Assembly (NCBI GenBank): GCA_965113315.1
Contig: OZ220369.1
DNA: 64,000 nt
Direction: 5' to 3' (one strand)
DNA from: Podarcis vaucheri
Taxonomy: Eukaryota
Shown here piece by piece: positions 1-12,995 of this stretch (the first letter of the stretch is position 1; each line of letters starts with the position of its first letter). The notes under the pieces are model-generated. The model was not told the DNA's origin and ran no database searches. It worked only from the letters and a program-made list of their open reading frames with translations. The translations under genes were made by a program, and so were the position numbers.

Positions 1-962
1 CCTAACAACTCTTGTGGTGCTTTTCAAACATAAGGGAAGTATCAAGCACTCTGAAATTATCTTCTAATTCCCGGGGGAGGGGAAGGAGAAGAGAAGTTTG
101 CCTCAGAATTGCCTCAGAATTGTTCCCTATCATATTATCTCATATTCACAGTGGTGCCATTGGGGTGGGACTTTGGGGCAGATGAGGACCCTGTTCAGCA
201 GAATGAGCAGGATGACCCCCAACCCACATAGGACCATTATGTCCAGAGACTAATGGTAACCAACTGCTTCTCTTTTGCTTTTGGTATTCACTGGTGAACA
301 AATGAAAAATGGCTCCTCAGCTGTGAGATTACATGAAGTTCTGCTGTGCAGCAGTGGGTGGATAATGAAATGCTAACCAGAGCTAACAAGGCACTCTGTC
401 TGGAGAGCACTAAACTGCCCATTTGCCCCTTTTCAAGCCTAACGATGCCAGCTGTTCTTAATGAAGCTAGAATCTTAAGTTGCTTTGCACTGTTTTAGTC
501 TACTTGGAGAACAGAAAATACAAACCATCTGAATAAACATATTCCATTCAAATTAGAGGCCTATACTGTGGCCATCTTTAACTTTTTGTGAGGCGGAAGG
601 GCAAATATGTGTTATTCTTCTTGATTCAGAGCAGCTGGTGTTAAATCTCTGCAATATAGAGTGAGCCCTTTTGATGAGATGATTATATATGGAGGGATGT
701 AATGGGAATATGAAATTGTAAGAAGCGATGGGCAAAGCTTTCAATTTCAGCTTCTCTCCCTTTTCTTCTTTCTCGTATCTTAAATTCAGTTCTCCACATT
801 TCCACATCAGGGTGCTTTTTTTTTTCTTAAGAAGTACTCATAAAAAATCATCAGCATATTTGCGCAAATTCTCTTAATACACTCCCTTTCTACGCAACTT
901 TGTCCAATAAATATACTTGCAAAAAAAATATCCCCCAATAGAATACACACACACACACACAT

Positions 963-994
<32 letters not shown>

Positions 995-2236
995 CTGCAT
1001 GCACTTTACCCTAGTGTATACATTCTTGTGCACATAATTTAGCTGGAGAAGAGCACTGCAAAATTCAGAGAATTTTGAAGGATTGCTGCGTTTTAGTTTG
1101 TGTAATGCTTCAGAAAGGTAGAATTAAGTAGGTATGCTCAAATCAAGCAATGTAAAAGTTCAAACATTGGGGGTGGGACTGCTTGGGAATGTGAAAGGAA
1201 GAAAGAAGTCTCAGAATTCCAGGCATGTATAATGCCCTAACATTACGCAGAGGAAAGCAACTGTCTCAGGCAGCACTGTATGGGTTGTGATGGGGCAGTG
1301 GTGGCAATTATCCCAAGCCATTCCTCTTGAGCCCCCCCCCCCAGGCCACAGGACACAGCTGTGTGTGCCATATTGCCTGCCCCGAACCTTGTAGATTAGC
1401 CTGCTACTATGATTCAGCTTGCCGTCTGGCTGGCTCCTGTACATTAAATGGGAGGACTGTCATAGGCTCCTATGACAGTCCTCCCTTTGGTGTACAGAAG
1501 CCAGCCAGCCAGCAAGCTGAACCTGCTGGATCATGCCTATGGCCCATCTACTCCAGTATCCTGAATCAAGTACCTAAAGGGGGCCTGAAAGCAGGGCCTT
1601 ACTGCAATAGCCCTATCCTCACTTGTGAGTCCCAGCAACTGATATTCAGAAGCATCCTTCCTCCAACACTGGAGGGAGAACATAGACATTGTGGCTAGTC
1701 GCCTTATCCTTCACGAATTGGTCTGATTCTCTTTGAAGGCCATCAAAGTTTGTGGCCATTGCTACTTCTTGTGGGAGCAAATTCCATTGTTTAATTATGT
1801 CTTTTGTCTCAGGCAGGAAAAAAAATGCCTTGGATCAGCTTCAGATCTCTCTGTCTCCTAAGCACTTTCATATATTTTGGGTTAATGGTAGACACCACTA
1901 AGAAGCTGCACACATGTGTTTCATTACATGTACACAACCATGACCCTCAACCTATTGCGTGAAACATATGGAGAAACAGATGTAGGCTGCCACTTCAAAA
2001 CATGATGATGAACACTCTTAAGCCACAACAGCAGGTGGTCCCTTTCCTCCCTTATAGCGTCTCACAGATGGTAAAGACCAATATTTTTACCCACCGACTG
2101 TGCTCCCTATGTCCTTGTGTTTGGGGGCTCTGAGTATATAGAACATGAACCTGTGGCCCTCCAGATGCTGTTGGACTCCATCTCTGACTCTATTTTATGA
2201 ACTCCCATTAGACCCAGCCAGCATGGCCAATGGTCA

Positions 2237-2495
2237 GAAGAAGAAGAAGAAGAAGAAGAAGAAGAAGAAGAAGAGGAGGAGGAGGAGGAGGAGGAGGAGG
2301 AGTTTGGATTTGATATCCCGCGTTATCACTACCCAAAGGAGTCTCAAAGAGGCTAATATTCTCCTTTCCTTTCCTCCCCCACAACAAAAACTCTGTGAGG
2401 CGAGTGGGGCTGAGAGACTTCAAAGAAGTGTGACTGGCCCAAGGTCACCCAGCAGCTGCATGTGGAGGAGCGGAGACGTGAACCCGGTTCCCCAG

Positions 2496-2549
<54 letters not shown>

Positions 2550-3421
2550 TTATTATTTGTACCCCTCCCATCTGGCTGGGTTTCCCCAGCCACTCTGGGC
2601 GGCTTCCATAGAAACCAAAAAAACACTAAAATATCATACATTAAAAACTTCCCTGAACAGGGCTGCCTTAAGATGTCTTCTGAATGTCAGGTAGTTGTTT
2701 ATCGTTTTGACATCTGATGGGAGGGCGTTCCACAGGGTGGGCACCACTACCGAAAAGGCCCTCTGCCTGGTTCCCTGTAGCTTTGCTTCTCGCAGTGAGG
2801 GAACCGCCAGAAGGCCCTCGGCGCTGGACCTCAGCGTCCGGGCAGAACGATGGGGGTGGAGACGCTCCTTCAGGTATACTGGACGAGGCCATTTAGGGCT
2901 TTAAAGGTCAACACCAGCACTTTGAATTGTGCTCGGAAACGTACTGGGAGCCAATGTAGGTCTTTCAAGGCCGGTGTTATGTGGTCTCGGCGGCCGCCCC
3001 CAGTCACCAGTCTAGCTGCCGCATTCTTGATTAGCTGTAGTTTCCGAGTCACCTTCAAAGGTAGCCCCACATAGAGCGCATTGAAGTAGTCCAAGCGGGA
3101 GATAACTAGAGCATGCACCACTCTGGCGAGACAGTCTGCGGGCAGGTAGGGTCTCACCCTGCGTACCAGGTGGAGTTGGTAGACAGCTGCCCTGGATACA
3201 GAATTGACCTGCGCCTCCATGGACAGCTGTGAGTCCAAAATGACTCCCAGGCTGCGCACCTGGTCCTTCAGGGGCACAGTTACCCCATTCAGGACCAGGG
3301 AGTCCTCCACCCCAGCCCGCCCCCTGTCCCCCAAGAACAGTACTTCTGTCTTGTCAGGATTCAACTTCAATCCATTAAATTATGAGTCTATTGCTCTTAA
3401 CCACTACACCACACTGGCTCT
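2237..3421 (-). mobile_element. Squam3-type tRNA-derived SINE with (CTT)n(CCT)n tail, interrupted by an L2 insertion
   Basis: Minus-strand head AGAGCCAGTGTGGTGTAGTGGTTAAGAGC (~3393-3421), body 2300-2499 matches the copy at 30687-30920; tail 2237-2301. Confidence 0.8.
2499..3372 (-). mobile_element. L2-clade LINE 3' fragment (end of ORF2, 3' UTR, microsatellite tail)
   Basis: ORF 2870-3370: KLNPDKTEVL, LGVILDSQL, ALVISRLDYFNALYVGLP, NAAARLV, HITPALKDLHWLPV are L2 ORF2 C-terminal motifs; 3' stem-loop near 2570-2605. Confidence 0.92.
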
Positions 3422-3470
3422 AGCCAGTGATGATGGGAGTTGTAGTCTAACAATATTTGGAGGGCCACAT

Positions 3471-3547
3471 TGTCACGAATTCCTCGCGGCGCTTTAGCAG
3501 AATGCTCAGAGTCCCAGGTTCTTTAGTGCAGTATTATTTATTGTGAG

Positions 3548-3580
<33 letters not shown>

Positions 3581-3790
3581 TCTACAGAAGCAGTTCATAT
3601 AATCAGACAGAGTACCTGGCTGCACCTTGAGGCAAAAGACGACTCCACACTCATCCAATCACATTACATACAGCCAATCACATTACTGCTGAGTCATTCT
3701 GACCCAGCACTTCCTCAAAATCTTCTCTACCTGCAGCCTGATCCTGTGTGCATAGCTCTAGCTGAGAGGTTAAAAGAAACAGATTTGCAA
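3471..3790 (-). mobile_element. Possible solo-LTR fragment
   Basis: Starts TGTCACG exactly where a MITE arm is cut; minus-strand AATAAA at ~3537; repeated CCAATCAC motifs 3655-3680; far boundary and TSD not found. Confidence 0.35.
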
Positions 3791-5236
3791 GCTCCAGTAT
3801 GTTTTACAACCTATTCTTTCTTTCTTTATTTGTTTGCTTAACTCATTAATTGCCTTATACAAAGATGGATCTAGACACATCAAAGAAGCGTTTCAGTTTA
3901 AAGCCTTGTAAATTTAAGCAGGGAAAACAGGTAGAGAAGAACGGGCCTCTATGTTGCCATCTGGTGGCACAATGTTATATCGCACATATAACATATATAA
4001 ATCGCTTTTTCTTTAGCAGTCTAGCTGCATCTCAACACTCAATTATGCATAAAATTTAACTGCAGCAATGGATCACATTCAGTGATGTGCACCTGTTTGT
4101 GCAGTGGAGATCCATTTATGCAATGCAACCTCTGACTAATCTCCTCCACCAGCCTCCCATATGCATCCAAAATCTGCTTCAGAGGTCCCAAAACATGCAG
4201 AGCTGATGATGGGGTGCACATGGGCTGCAAGGGGGGGGGAATTGCATTGCATCTGTAGACACTTCCTTGTGCTACGTTGGATCTTATGACATCAGTCCAC
4301 TACAAAGGATCATCCAAATAATTCTCAATACATTAATCCACAACCTCCCAGTCACCATAAAATCAGCCAACTCACAAATCCTGCCCAACAGCAGTGATGA
4401 AATCACTGCGATCAAATGCCTATTGGATTCTGTGATTGTAAGTGATAGTTGTTTGCCTATTCCTAAGTAAATCTTAGAAACTAAATAACTTACATGGCAA
4501 AAAAGTATTTTGCGATACCTTTAGTTTCTTCCTGATAAATATGCATTCAGAACTGGTCAGAGGAAACTTTTAGAACTCCATTGCCCTTCCACAATGCCCG
4601 CAAGGCATGCTGTCAGTAATGTGATTTTACTGTACCATCTCCTTGGAATGCTGTACATTTTTATACTTTTTAAGGTGAACACTTACTGTCACTTTAAAGA
4701 TTACATATCGTGGAAGTGTTCTTATTCAGTGATTTCCCATGCACCCTGAGCATTTGCATTGCTCGAGGTGGTTTCTACTTTGAAGAACTTTAAAATCACA
4801 GAGGAGCTGTCCCTTACAAAGATTTTTACATCACTGGGTAACTGCTCTCCCTTTGAGAGTTTTCATGTTATTGTGCAATTCCCCCTTTGAAGATTTACAT
4901 AGTGATGAAGGAGAGCCTTTGAAGATGGAGTCATTGCCAGGGTAGAAATAACCTTTTTTAAATATAAAAAAGAGGATAAACCCCCAGAAAAGTTTCCATC
5001 ATTAGACTACCCATCCATGAAAAGATCCTCTAATAATTAATTATTCAAAACAAAAATATCCAACAGCACTTTTTTGTTCTAGAGAAGCGTATGTAGAATG
5101 ATGCAAATCCAATGATGTGGATCAATCCAACCACAACTTGGTGGCCCAGATTAAACCACCAGGATGTACTGAATACTTCCAGTTCATAAGAGCACCAACT
5201 CATGGGGACCGAGCTGTTTTGGCCCCCACAATAGCT

Positions 5237-5640
5237 TTTTTTTAAAAAAAAAAAAAATATTTATTAAAGTTCCAGAAAAAGGAATTGCATAAAGCAGAAA
5301 ATGCAAAAATAAAAGACAAAAACAAAAATACAAGAAAAATACAGAATAAATACACAGATAAAAAAAATAAAAAAATTCAACCTTTCCATATCTTACATTC
5401 ATATCCTTGTTTCCCTGACCTCCTCATACCTCCCTTTTTTGTATTCCAATTCAGTTAATTAATTCAGCAATTTCTTTCCCTCCTTATTATCCTGATCTTT
5501 GATCTTAATATATTATAACATTAAATTTTTACCTATTTAAAAATCCAATTTTCCATATTCTTTTATATCATTACAGCTAACTTCATTCAAACATCATTCT
5601 AACATTCATTAATTTTGCATTACTTCTGTAAATAGAGTAT
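5237..5640 (-). mobile_element. Probable L1-type LINE 3' end
   Basis: Poly(T) with minus-strand AATAAA (~5259), strong strand-skewed composition, purine-rich patch typical of LINE 3' UTRs. Confidence 0.45.
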
Positions 5641-5756
5641 AAGTATTGTCTTACTGGAACTGGATTGTGCCATAGTCCAACTAATCCAGCAGACATTGAC
5701 CACATTCACACCATACATTTGATTTAAAGCTCTATGATACCACTTTAAACACTCGT

Positions 5757-6125
5757 AAAAAGGTAAAGCTAAAGGGCCCCTGACAGTTAAATCCAGTCGT
5801 GAACGACTCTGGGGTTGCGGTGCTCATCTCACTTTACTGGCCGAGGGAGCTGACGTTTGTCCAGAGACAGTTTTTCGGGTCATGTGGCCAGCATGACTAA
5901 GTCGCTTCTGGTGAAACCAGAGCAGCACACGGAAACGCCGTTTACCTTCCTGCCGGAGCGGTACCTATTTATCTACTTGCACTTTGACGTGCTTTCAAAC
6001 TGCTAGGTTGGCAGGAGCTGGGACCGAGCAACGGGAGCTCACCCCATTGCGGGAATCAAAACACCGACCTTCTGATCGGCAAGCCCTAGGCTCAGTGGTT
6101 TAGACCACAGTGCCACCCACGTCCC
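5757..6125 (-). mobile_element. Sauria SINE, full length
   Basis: (ACCTTT)-type tail, Sauria body, near-perfect TSD ttaaacactcgt (5745-5756) / ttaaacgctcat (6126-6137). Confidence 0.92.
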
Positions 6126-8751
6126 TTAAACGCTCATGGATTCCCCCAAATAATTCTAGAAGCTCTAGCTTGAGAGTTGTTAGGGGACCTATATTCTCCC
6201 TCACACAGCTACAATTCCCAGAGTGATTTAACAATCACTCCTCCCAGGGGAACTCTGGGAAATGTACCTCTGCGAGGGTCAGAGACAATATGCTTCTGAA
6301 TACCAGTTGTTGGGAATCACAAGTGGGGAGAGTGATATTGTTCCCTGCTTGTGGGCCTCCCATGTGGTTGGCAATGTGAAAATAGGATGCTAGACTAGAT
6401 AGGCCATTGCTCTGATCCAGAAGGGCTCTTCTCATGCTTTTATATTCTTAGGATAAGAGAGAGTCCCAGGAACCTTTGCATCACTACTTAAGAATACTTA
6501 CTTTGGTGTCCACAGTATGGGGAATGCATGGGACAGAAACAAGTGGCTTTGAGATTTTGAGGAAAACTATATTTAAAAAATCTGACATTTCACTTGGTTG
6601 GATTAAGCCCTGGTTGCCCTAATGGCCCAGCCTCAGCTGACTTTAATCAGGGAGTAGAAGAATTGAAGAGTGGAAATAACACAGTAAATAAAAATTCTAG
6701 AATTCAAAGAGGGCATTTCATCATATGAAATCACATTTCAAAGGCATCCTTTCAGTTATCTATGTAAACTAATAACTTGGGGGGGCCCTCAGCCACACAG
6801 GGGCCTAGTTTTGCCCAAACTGTGAGTATCTATAAAATCCACCACTGGGTAGAGGAGAGAAACAGAATGACGAGAATGAAGAAAGAAAAAAGAGAAGGGG
6901 CGGGGGGAGAGACTCAGAAAACGTAAGGAAGAAAAACGAATGTGCTAGAGTCCATTTAATGTCACAGCTACCATGGCTACATCACCACATTTGTCCATAA
7001 CATTATGGTATAATGATTTGCCAGGGTAATATTTAAGCTTACATCATAGCCAATATAATTTATAGAACTTGCTTTTTGCTTTCTAATGATGCTCTAATGT
7101 TAAATCCACATGGTTTTCATTCTATGTACAGAATCTGCAAGCATTTCTAAAAAGTCAAGGCCAGACATCATTTCCAGTAAAAATATATACCTTTCAGTGC
7201 TGTGGAACTTGATTTTGACATTTCGCATGTGGCAGCTAATGCCTGCAGTAAATTTTGATCACTGTTTCAAAAGCAGAAATCTGTCATCACATCTTAAGAT
7301 TGTCCAAATGCAAAAACCAGATGCCCAGTTCTCAAAGATATTTAGGCGGCAATCCTGTGCCCAGTTAGCTGGGAGTAGATCCCATTGAACTGAATGGAGT
7401 TGACACCTGGATAGACATTGTGCTGTTCATGGTTATGCAATCCCCCCCCCAAAAAAAACCCACTCTATAAAAGAAAGGTACTTCTTAAAGTTATAATGAC
7501 TTTTATCTTAGGCCATAGACTTCATTTCAACCTAAAGCTTTTAATTTACTGTGGGTAATGAAAGTAGGACAGGAAGAGTTGCCTATAGACTCTAGAAACC
7601 TTAATGCTTAATGTGTTTTTTATTGTAACCCCACCCTCTGTCAAGTCCCGGACACTACTCTTTGAATAATCAGAAGTAAGGAAACATCCTCAAATAGGTG
7701 TTTTGTTTTTTGTAAAAAAAAAAAATTAAAAGATTTTCATGAAATACAAAAGAACGAGCAATCTCTCTCTCTTTTTTGTTCAGATTACAGTATAAAGTCT
7801 TTTGGTTACGTTCAGTGCAAGACAATATGGTATCCAGAGGTAGGAGGAGAGAGCAGAAGGGACAGGGTGGGTGATAAACTTACACACCTTTTTTTTTTTT
7901 TTTTGGTCTTTCCATCCTTGCACACAGACCATGTTAATCTTCCCTACTACATTCCAATGTTCATATATGCACTGCCAAAGCGAGTACTCAGAAGAGTACT
8001 CAGAAGATGGCAAAACAAAGGCAGCCCAGGAGGAGAAGAAGAAAGTTCTTCTGGGGGTTCTTGCGATGGATGACCTCATTCCAAATTGAGCTGGGGAGAG
8101 TGTGTCCTTCACTACTAGCCATTCGCAAAGCAGGGGAATGCATTGTATTTTATCCTACGGCCTTTATCAATGTTTCTCTGTTCTGTTTGAGAATCACACA
8201 AGGAGAAGAGATTCGTGGCTCTGAATATGGGTCATCAGCCTTCTGCACATCATTTAATCCAGCACAGCTAGCGAAAAAATGGTCGTGCATTCCCATACTC
8301 ATTTTTAGAGCCAGATATTTTAAAACAAACCCTTGACATATTGAGAGCTGGCACTTGAAGTTAGTCAGGCCTTAGCCCTTTCCCATCCTTCTATTGAATA
8401 TTCTGCCGCTAAATGTGAAAGGTGTGGAGACTTCCTTTAGAAATAACTTTGTTTGAGTAGAAAGCAGTAAGAGTCGAACAAAAGATGTATTGACTGAGCA
8501 GAGAGCGTTTGCCCTTCTGGGTCTCAAGAGGGGTGGGGTTACAAATGAAGTGAAATACAATCTTTGTGTTAAATTCTTACAATGATTTTTCCATATCAAA
8601 GATTCCATCTGAATAAATTTAGTGCTGGGGTGTGTGTGGAATAACACTTTTTTTAAAAAAAGAGCAGCTGAAATTGCTTTAGTACTGCAACATCCCTCAG
8701 TACCTCTAAGAATAATTTCCTGAATTTTTCCAAGTGCTTCCTATTGCAATA

Positions 8752-8992
8752 CAGTGGTACCTCGGGTTACATACGCTTCAGGTTACATACAGTTCAGGTT
8801 ACAGGCTCCGCTAACCCAGAAATAGTGCTTCAGGTTAAGAACTTTGCTTCAGGATAAGAACAGAAATCGGGCTCCGGCGGTGCGGCGGCAGCAGGAGGCC
8901 CCATTAGCTAAAGTGGTCTTCAGGTTAAGAACAGTTTCAGGTTAAGAACAGACCTCCGGAACGAATTAAGTACTTAACCTGAGGTACCACTG
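8752..8992. mobile_element. TA-target Tc1/mariner (pogo/Tigger-like) MITE
   Basis: TIR CAGTGGTACCTC(G/A)GGTTA, TA on both sides, internal TTCAGGTTA repeats; five close copies in the window. Confidence 0.9.
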
Positions 8993-10574
8993 TACAAAGG
9001 GAGCGATTTGTACAGGGTGATGGGGATTCCTTTGCACTAATTATTTGCATTGATTAACAGGGAGAAGTTGAAGCTGTGGGGATGAACTGTTTTCAAGTAA
9101 GTCCTGGCAGACCTTAGCAAAACCATTTCAGCCCACCATTTCTTTTAAACATTTCTAAACTGCTCCTCATCTAAATGAATCACAGAATGAAGACCATGAT
9201 TAACTCCAAAAACAAGACAATATAAAAATGTAGGGTGGTATTCAGCATTAGTCCTACGCCAAGTAGATCCATAAATATTAATAACTATTAGGTTCATTAA
9301 TTTCAGTGGGTCAACTCTAAGTAGGAGTTATTTAAACTTGTTTAAATTGTTAGGCAGCACATACACATAAACACACACAGCTAAAACCAAAAAGCTAATC
9401 ACACAAAATATAACACATTTAAAAATGCCTGGGCAGATGAAAAGTTTTATTCTGGTGGCAAAAATGCTGTAATGTCCACACACCCAGAAAGAAGACTCAA
9501 GAAGCAAGGAAGGGATAGAAAATGATAGATTTATGAAAAATATCAAATAGAACATCTGCAACATGATTAGCCAAGTTCAGAAAGTTTGGGCAGCTGAGGT
9601 TCTATATGAATCCGGCTGGAATACATCCCTCCAGTCCTCTGGGCATGTTTCTAGCTGCAGCATGTGACTGACTTCCCAGCCAAGGAGTGGCAGACTCTCC
9701 AAGAATCCCTAATTTTCAGGGACAGTCCCAGATTTGCAGGAGCTATCCAAGATTCTGATTTGCAAACTGAGACAGGAGCTGCTCCAATCAGCCTTGTGTG
9801 GGAGGGGCTTATCCTCTATATCCCTGACTCTGTGTGATTTGCTGTTCAGAGGTCCCAAAGAAAGCAGATTTCCTGAGGGAGGGTCCTGTCAGTGCACTGT
9901 GCAGGAAAACCCAGGGACAAGCAAGAGGGCTGGCTTTTCACCACTCCTCTCTCTTCCCCTAAGCAGCGCTCCCTTGCACCAGTCACACTGTCCTAGATCT
10001 GCCTCTGCAGGAACCACAGCTAAAGAATCCCTGACGATTGGCCATTAAACTTCTGTCGAAAAACTATAATGAGCAGACTGCCACTTTCCAGTCAATGCAT
10101 GGGGTTGGTTACGTGTGTGTGTGTGTTTCAGCAAAACATGCTAAGATTCTCAGGGGACTAAATCCTTTTCAAGATACCATGACTGGCTGGCATGGAATCG
10201 GGCTCAGTAGGCAGAATAGCCCTCTTATTTCCCACATGCATGTGGAAGGTGCATCACTGTGATTTCCAGTGGCTGGGGAATGAAGCTTCGACTTTGCACG
10301 GCCGCTTATCTCTCTGCTATGAGCAGCAAATGCTAAGCAAATCAGCAAACTAGATGTGAAACTCTTGGATTTGCATAATTTATACAGACACACCATTTGA
10401 ATGTTTAGTGTGCCGAAGAGTGGGCTGCCTAGGTGAGACATTATTTCCGGCCTCACAGAAATGGTAGGATATACACCGACAAAACAAGGAGACCCAGCTA
10501 TCTCACTTCATGCAGAGTGCTCCAAACTGCTTTCCATTCTACTTTGCATCCTTTAACATAGCTTGTCATTGTCA

Positions 10575-10760
10575 CATAGGAAGCTACTTTATATTGAGTC
10601 AGGCTGTTGGTCCATCTAGCTCAGTAGTGACTGACTGGGAGCAACTTTCCAGAGTTTCAGACAGGGGATAATTCCAGCCCTATCTAGAGATGTTGGGTCT
10701 GGAATCTAGGACCTTCTATATGCATGCAGATGTTCTACCACTGAGCTACGACTTTTCCCC
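10575..10760 (-). mobile_element. tRNA(Ala/Cys-like)-derived SINE, decayed
   Basis: Minus-strand TAGCTCAGTGGTAGA A-box head; 3' body shared with copies at 19470, 35489 and 54413. Confidence 0.7.
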
Positions 10761-11740
10761 TTGTAAATTTTGGATTGCATGTGTGTAGGATGCTTTAGCT
10801 TTAGGTATGGAACGACCAGTCTGTTTCTGGTTTGTGTAGCTTCCACCTGTTTTCATTCTGACCTGTTTCCACATTAAACTGCAAATTCTTCACCCTTCCA
10901 AAAGCTCACCTTAAAAAAAAATCTGCATAAGAATTCAGCTTAAAATGCACATTTAAACACATATTTTTGTAAGTATTTTCTCCCAAAACAAGCATTTGTA
11001 AATCTATTTTGTTATTTCTTTGCACTTCTAACGTTACTCAGTACTGAGGTCAAAAGAATGATGGATTGCTATGTTCCAGTTTCCACAATAGTCTGGGGAA
11101 AGTATGGATCAGGTCAGGTCTTATTAGCACTTACAAAGACTGAATTCCTCAAGCCACTCTATTTGGCATATATGTCCCATTTCAATCAGGGCACAGCACA
11201 AACCAATCATTAATATTACATTCAATCATCCTAATCAAAAACGCCAATTCTTGTTTTCATGGTTTGAGCAGCAAGCAACCAGTTCAATGGCACATGTCCA
11301 CTCTCTGCAGAAACTAATGGCATATTATGCATTTTTGCTGCTATCACTCACCCTCATCTCACAGTCAGGATGCATTGTGCACTTTCCAGCCCATTATTTG
11401 TTCCCAAAGCCTGAGATAACTGATGGGATGCTTCACTGGTTCTTAAAGTTATTCATAATGATACATGTATGTTTTGAAATGCAATGATACTGAAATGCTG
11501 AAGTAGGCAGCCCTTCCCCACAATATCTATCAAAGTGCAAACTATCTGACACTGCAGTCTATACATTACTGGCGATTATAGGAAATTGACTTCTTAAACG
11601 ATATGGCAGCTGCAGACACGACTGAGGTTAATTTCATCTCTTAATGAGCCTATTTGCAACCCACCCTTTCAGAAGCTGCATGGCTATACTCTGTTTAGCA
11701 ACAAGAAAATCCAAATTGTCACACTCATAGAGGTTAAATA

Positions 11741-11785
<45 letters not shown>

Positions 11786-12153
11786 ACATATAAGCACATA
11801 CAAGGGACTATCACTCAATTTTAAAAAGTTTAGACTGAAAGTGTAAAAGGAGAAGGGAGAGAAAACTGAGGGCAATTGAACTGCTGGATCCACTGACCTA
11901 ATGGGGCTTATAAAAGCACAGAATCATAGAGTTGGAAGGCAACTCAAGGGTCATCCAGTCTAGCCCCTGCAACACAGGAATCACAGCAGGGAATTATGCT
12001 AACAGGGGAGAGGGAAAAAGGGGAGGAGGGGAAACCGCTGCATCAGCAACTGCTTCCTAGTTTGGGGGGGGGTGTCAGGGGGCTGGGAACAGTAACGGAG
12101 GAACCCTCTCTGGTACCCGAGGCGGGATGCCGATGGGCAGGGCAAACCGCCTG

Positions 12154-12356
12154 GTGGCACATGCACAACGTCCATACGGAGTGCGCACACGCAGCATCCT
12201 GTACAGACTGTGCACATGTGGCATCCCGTATGGAGTGTGCACGTGTGGCAGCCTGTACGGTCGCCATGCGAGAGGCAGCCCATATGGACGCCCGTATGGA
12301 TGGCGCGCGAGAGCGGCAGCCCATATGGATGCCGCGCAAGTGGCGCCCATATTGAC
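12154..12356. repeat. Degenerate 27-bp minisatellite inside a GC-rich, probably transposon-derived segment (~12003-12464)
   Basis: Units start at 12181, 12208, 12235, 12262 (e.g. ctgtgcacatgtggcatcccgtatgga); CpG-decay substitutions. Confidence 0.75.
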
Positions 12357-12585
12357 TGTGCGTGCCCTCAGCTGCTCTACAGCTGGGGGGAGGCCATCTT
12401 GTCACCTCCCCCAGAGTGGCACCCTGGTCAGACCGCCCCCTACCCTCCACTTTGTATGCCCCTGGCTGGGAAGGCTATGGCCCCTGCCCCAGCAAGCCTT
12501 TTGGTCCAACCAATGTTGAGCTCTGAAGACAATGGGGCAAGGAGGCACCCAATGTCCATATCTCCTTTTTTTAGATACTCTCTCT

Positions 12586-12995
12586 TAGAATCATAGAATC
12601 ATAGAGTTGGAAGAGACCACAAGGGCCATCAAGTCCAACCCCCTGCCAAGCAGGAAACACCATCAGAGCACTCCTGACATATGGTTGTCAAGCCTCTGCT
12701 TAAAGACCTCCAAAGTAGGAGACTCCACCACACTCCTTGGCAGCAAATTCCACTGTCAAACAGCTCTTACTGTCAGGAAGTTCTTCCTAATGTTTAGGTG
12801 GAATCTTCTTTCTTGTAGTTTGGATCCATTGCTCCGTGTCCGCTTCTCCGGAGCAGCAGAAAACAACCTTTCTCCCTCCTCTATGTGACATCCTTTTATA
12901 TATTTGAAAATGGCTATCATATCACCCCTTAACCTCCCCTTCTCCAGGCTAAACATGCCCAGCTCCCTTAGCCGTTCCTCATAAGGCATCGTTTC
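12586..12995 (-). mobile_element. CR1 LINE 3' fragment (young)
   Basis: [32 protein letters not shown] is the CR1 ORF2 C-terminus; (ATTCTATG)n tail. Confidence 0.93.

Noticed and set aside
2145-2717. 190-aa ORF with poly-K/R/N
   Set aside because: Translation of SINE and L2 microsatellite tails.
7871-8089. Exon-like SEYSEEYSEDGKTK... frame
   Set aside because: Produced partly by a 12-bp local duplication; no convincing splice sites or protein match.
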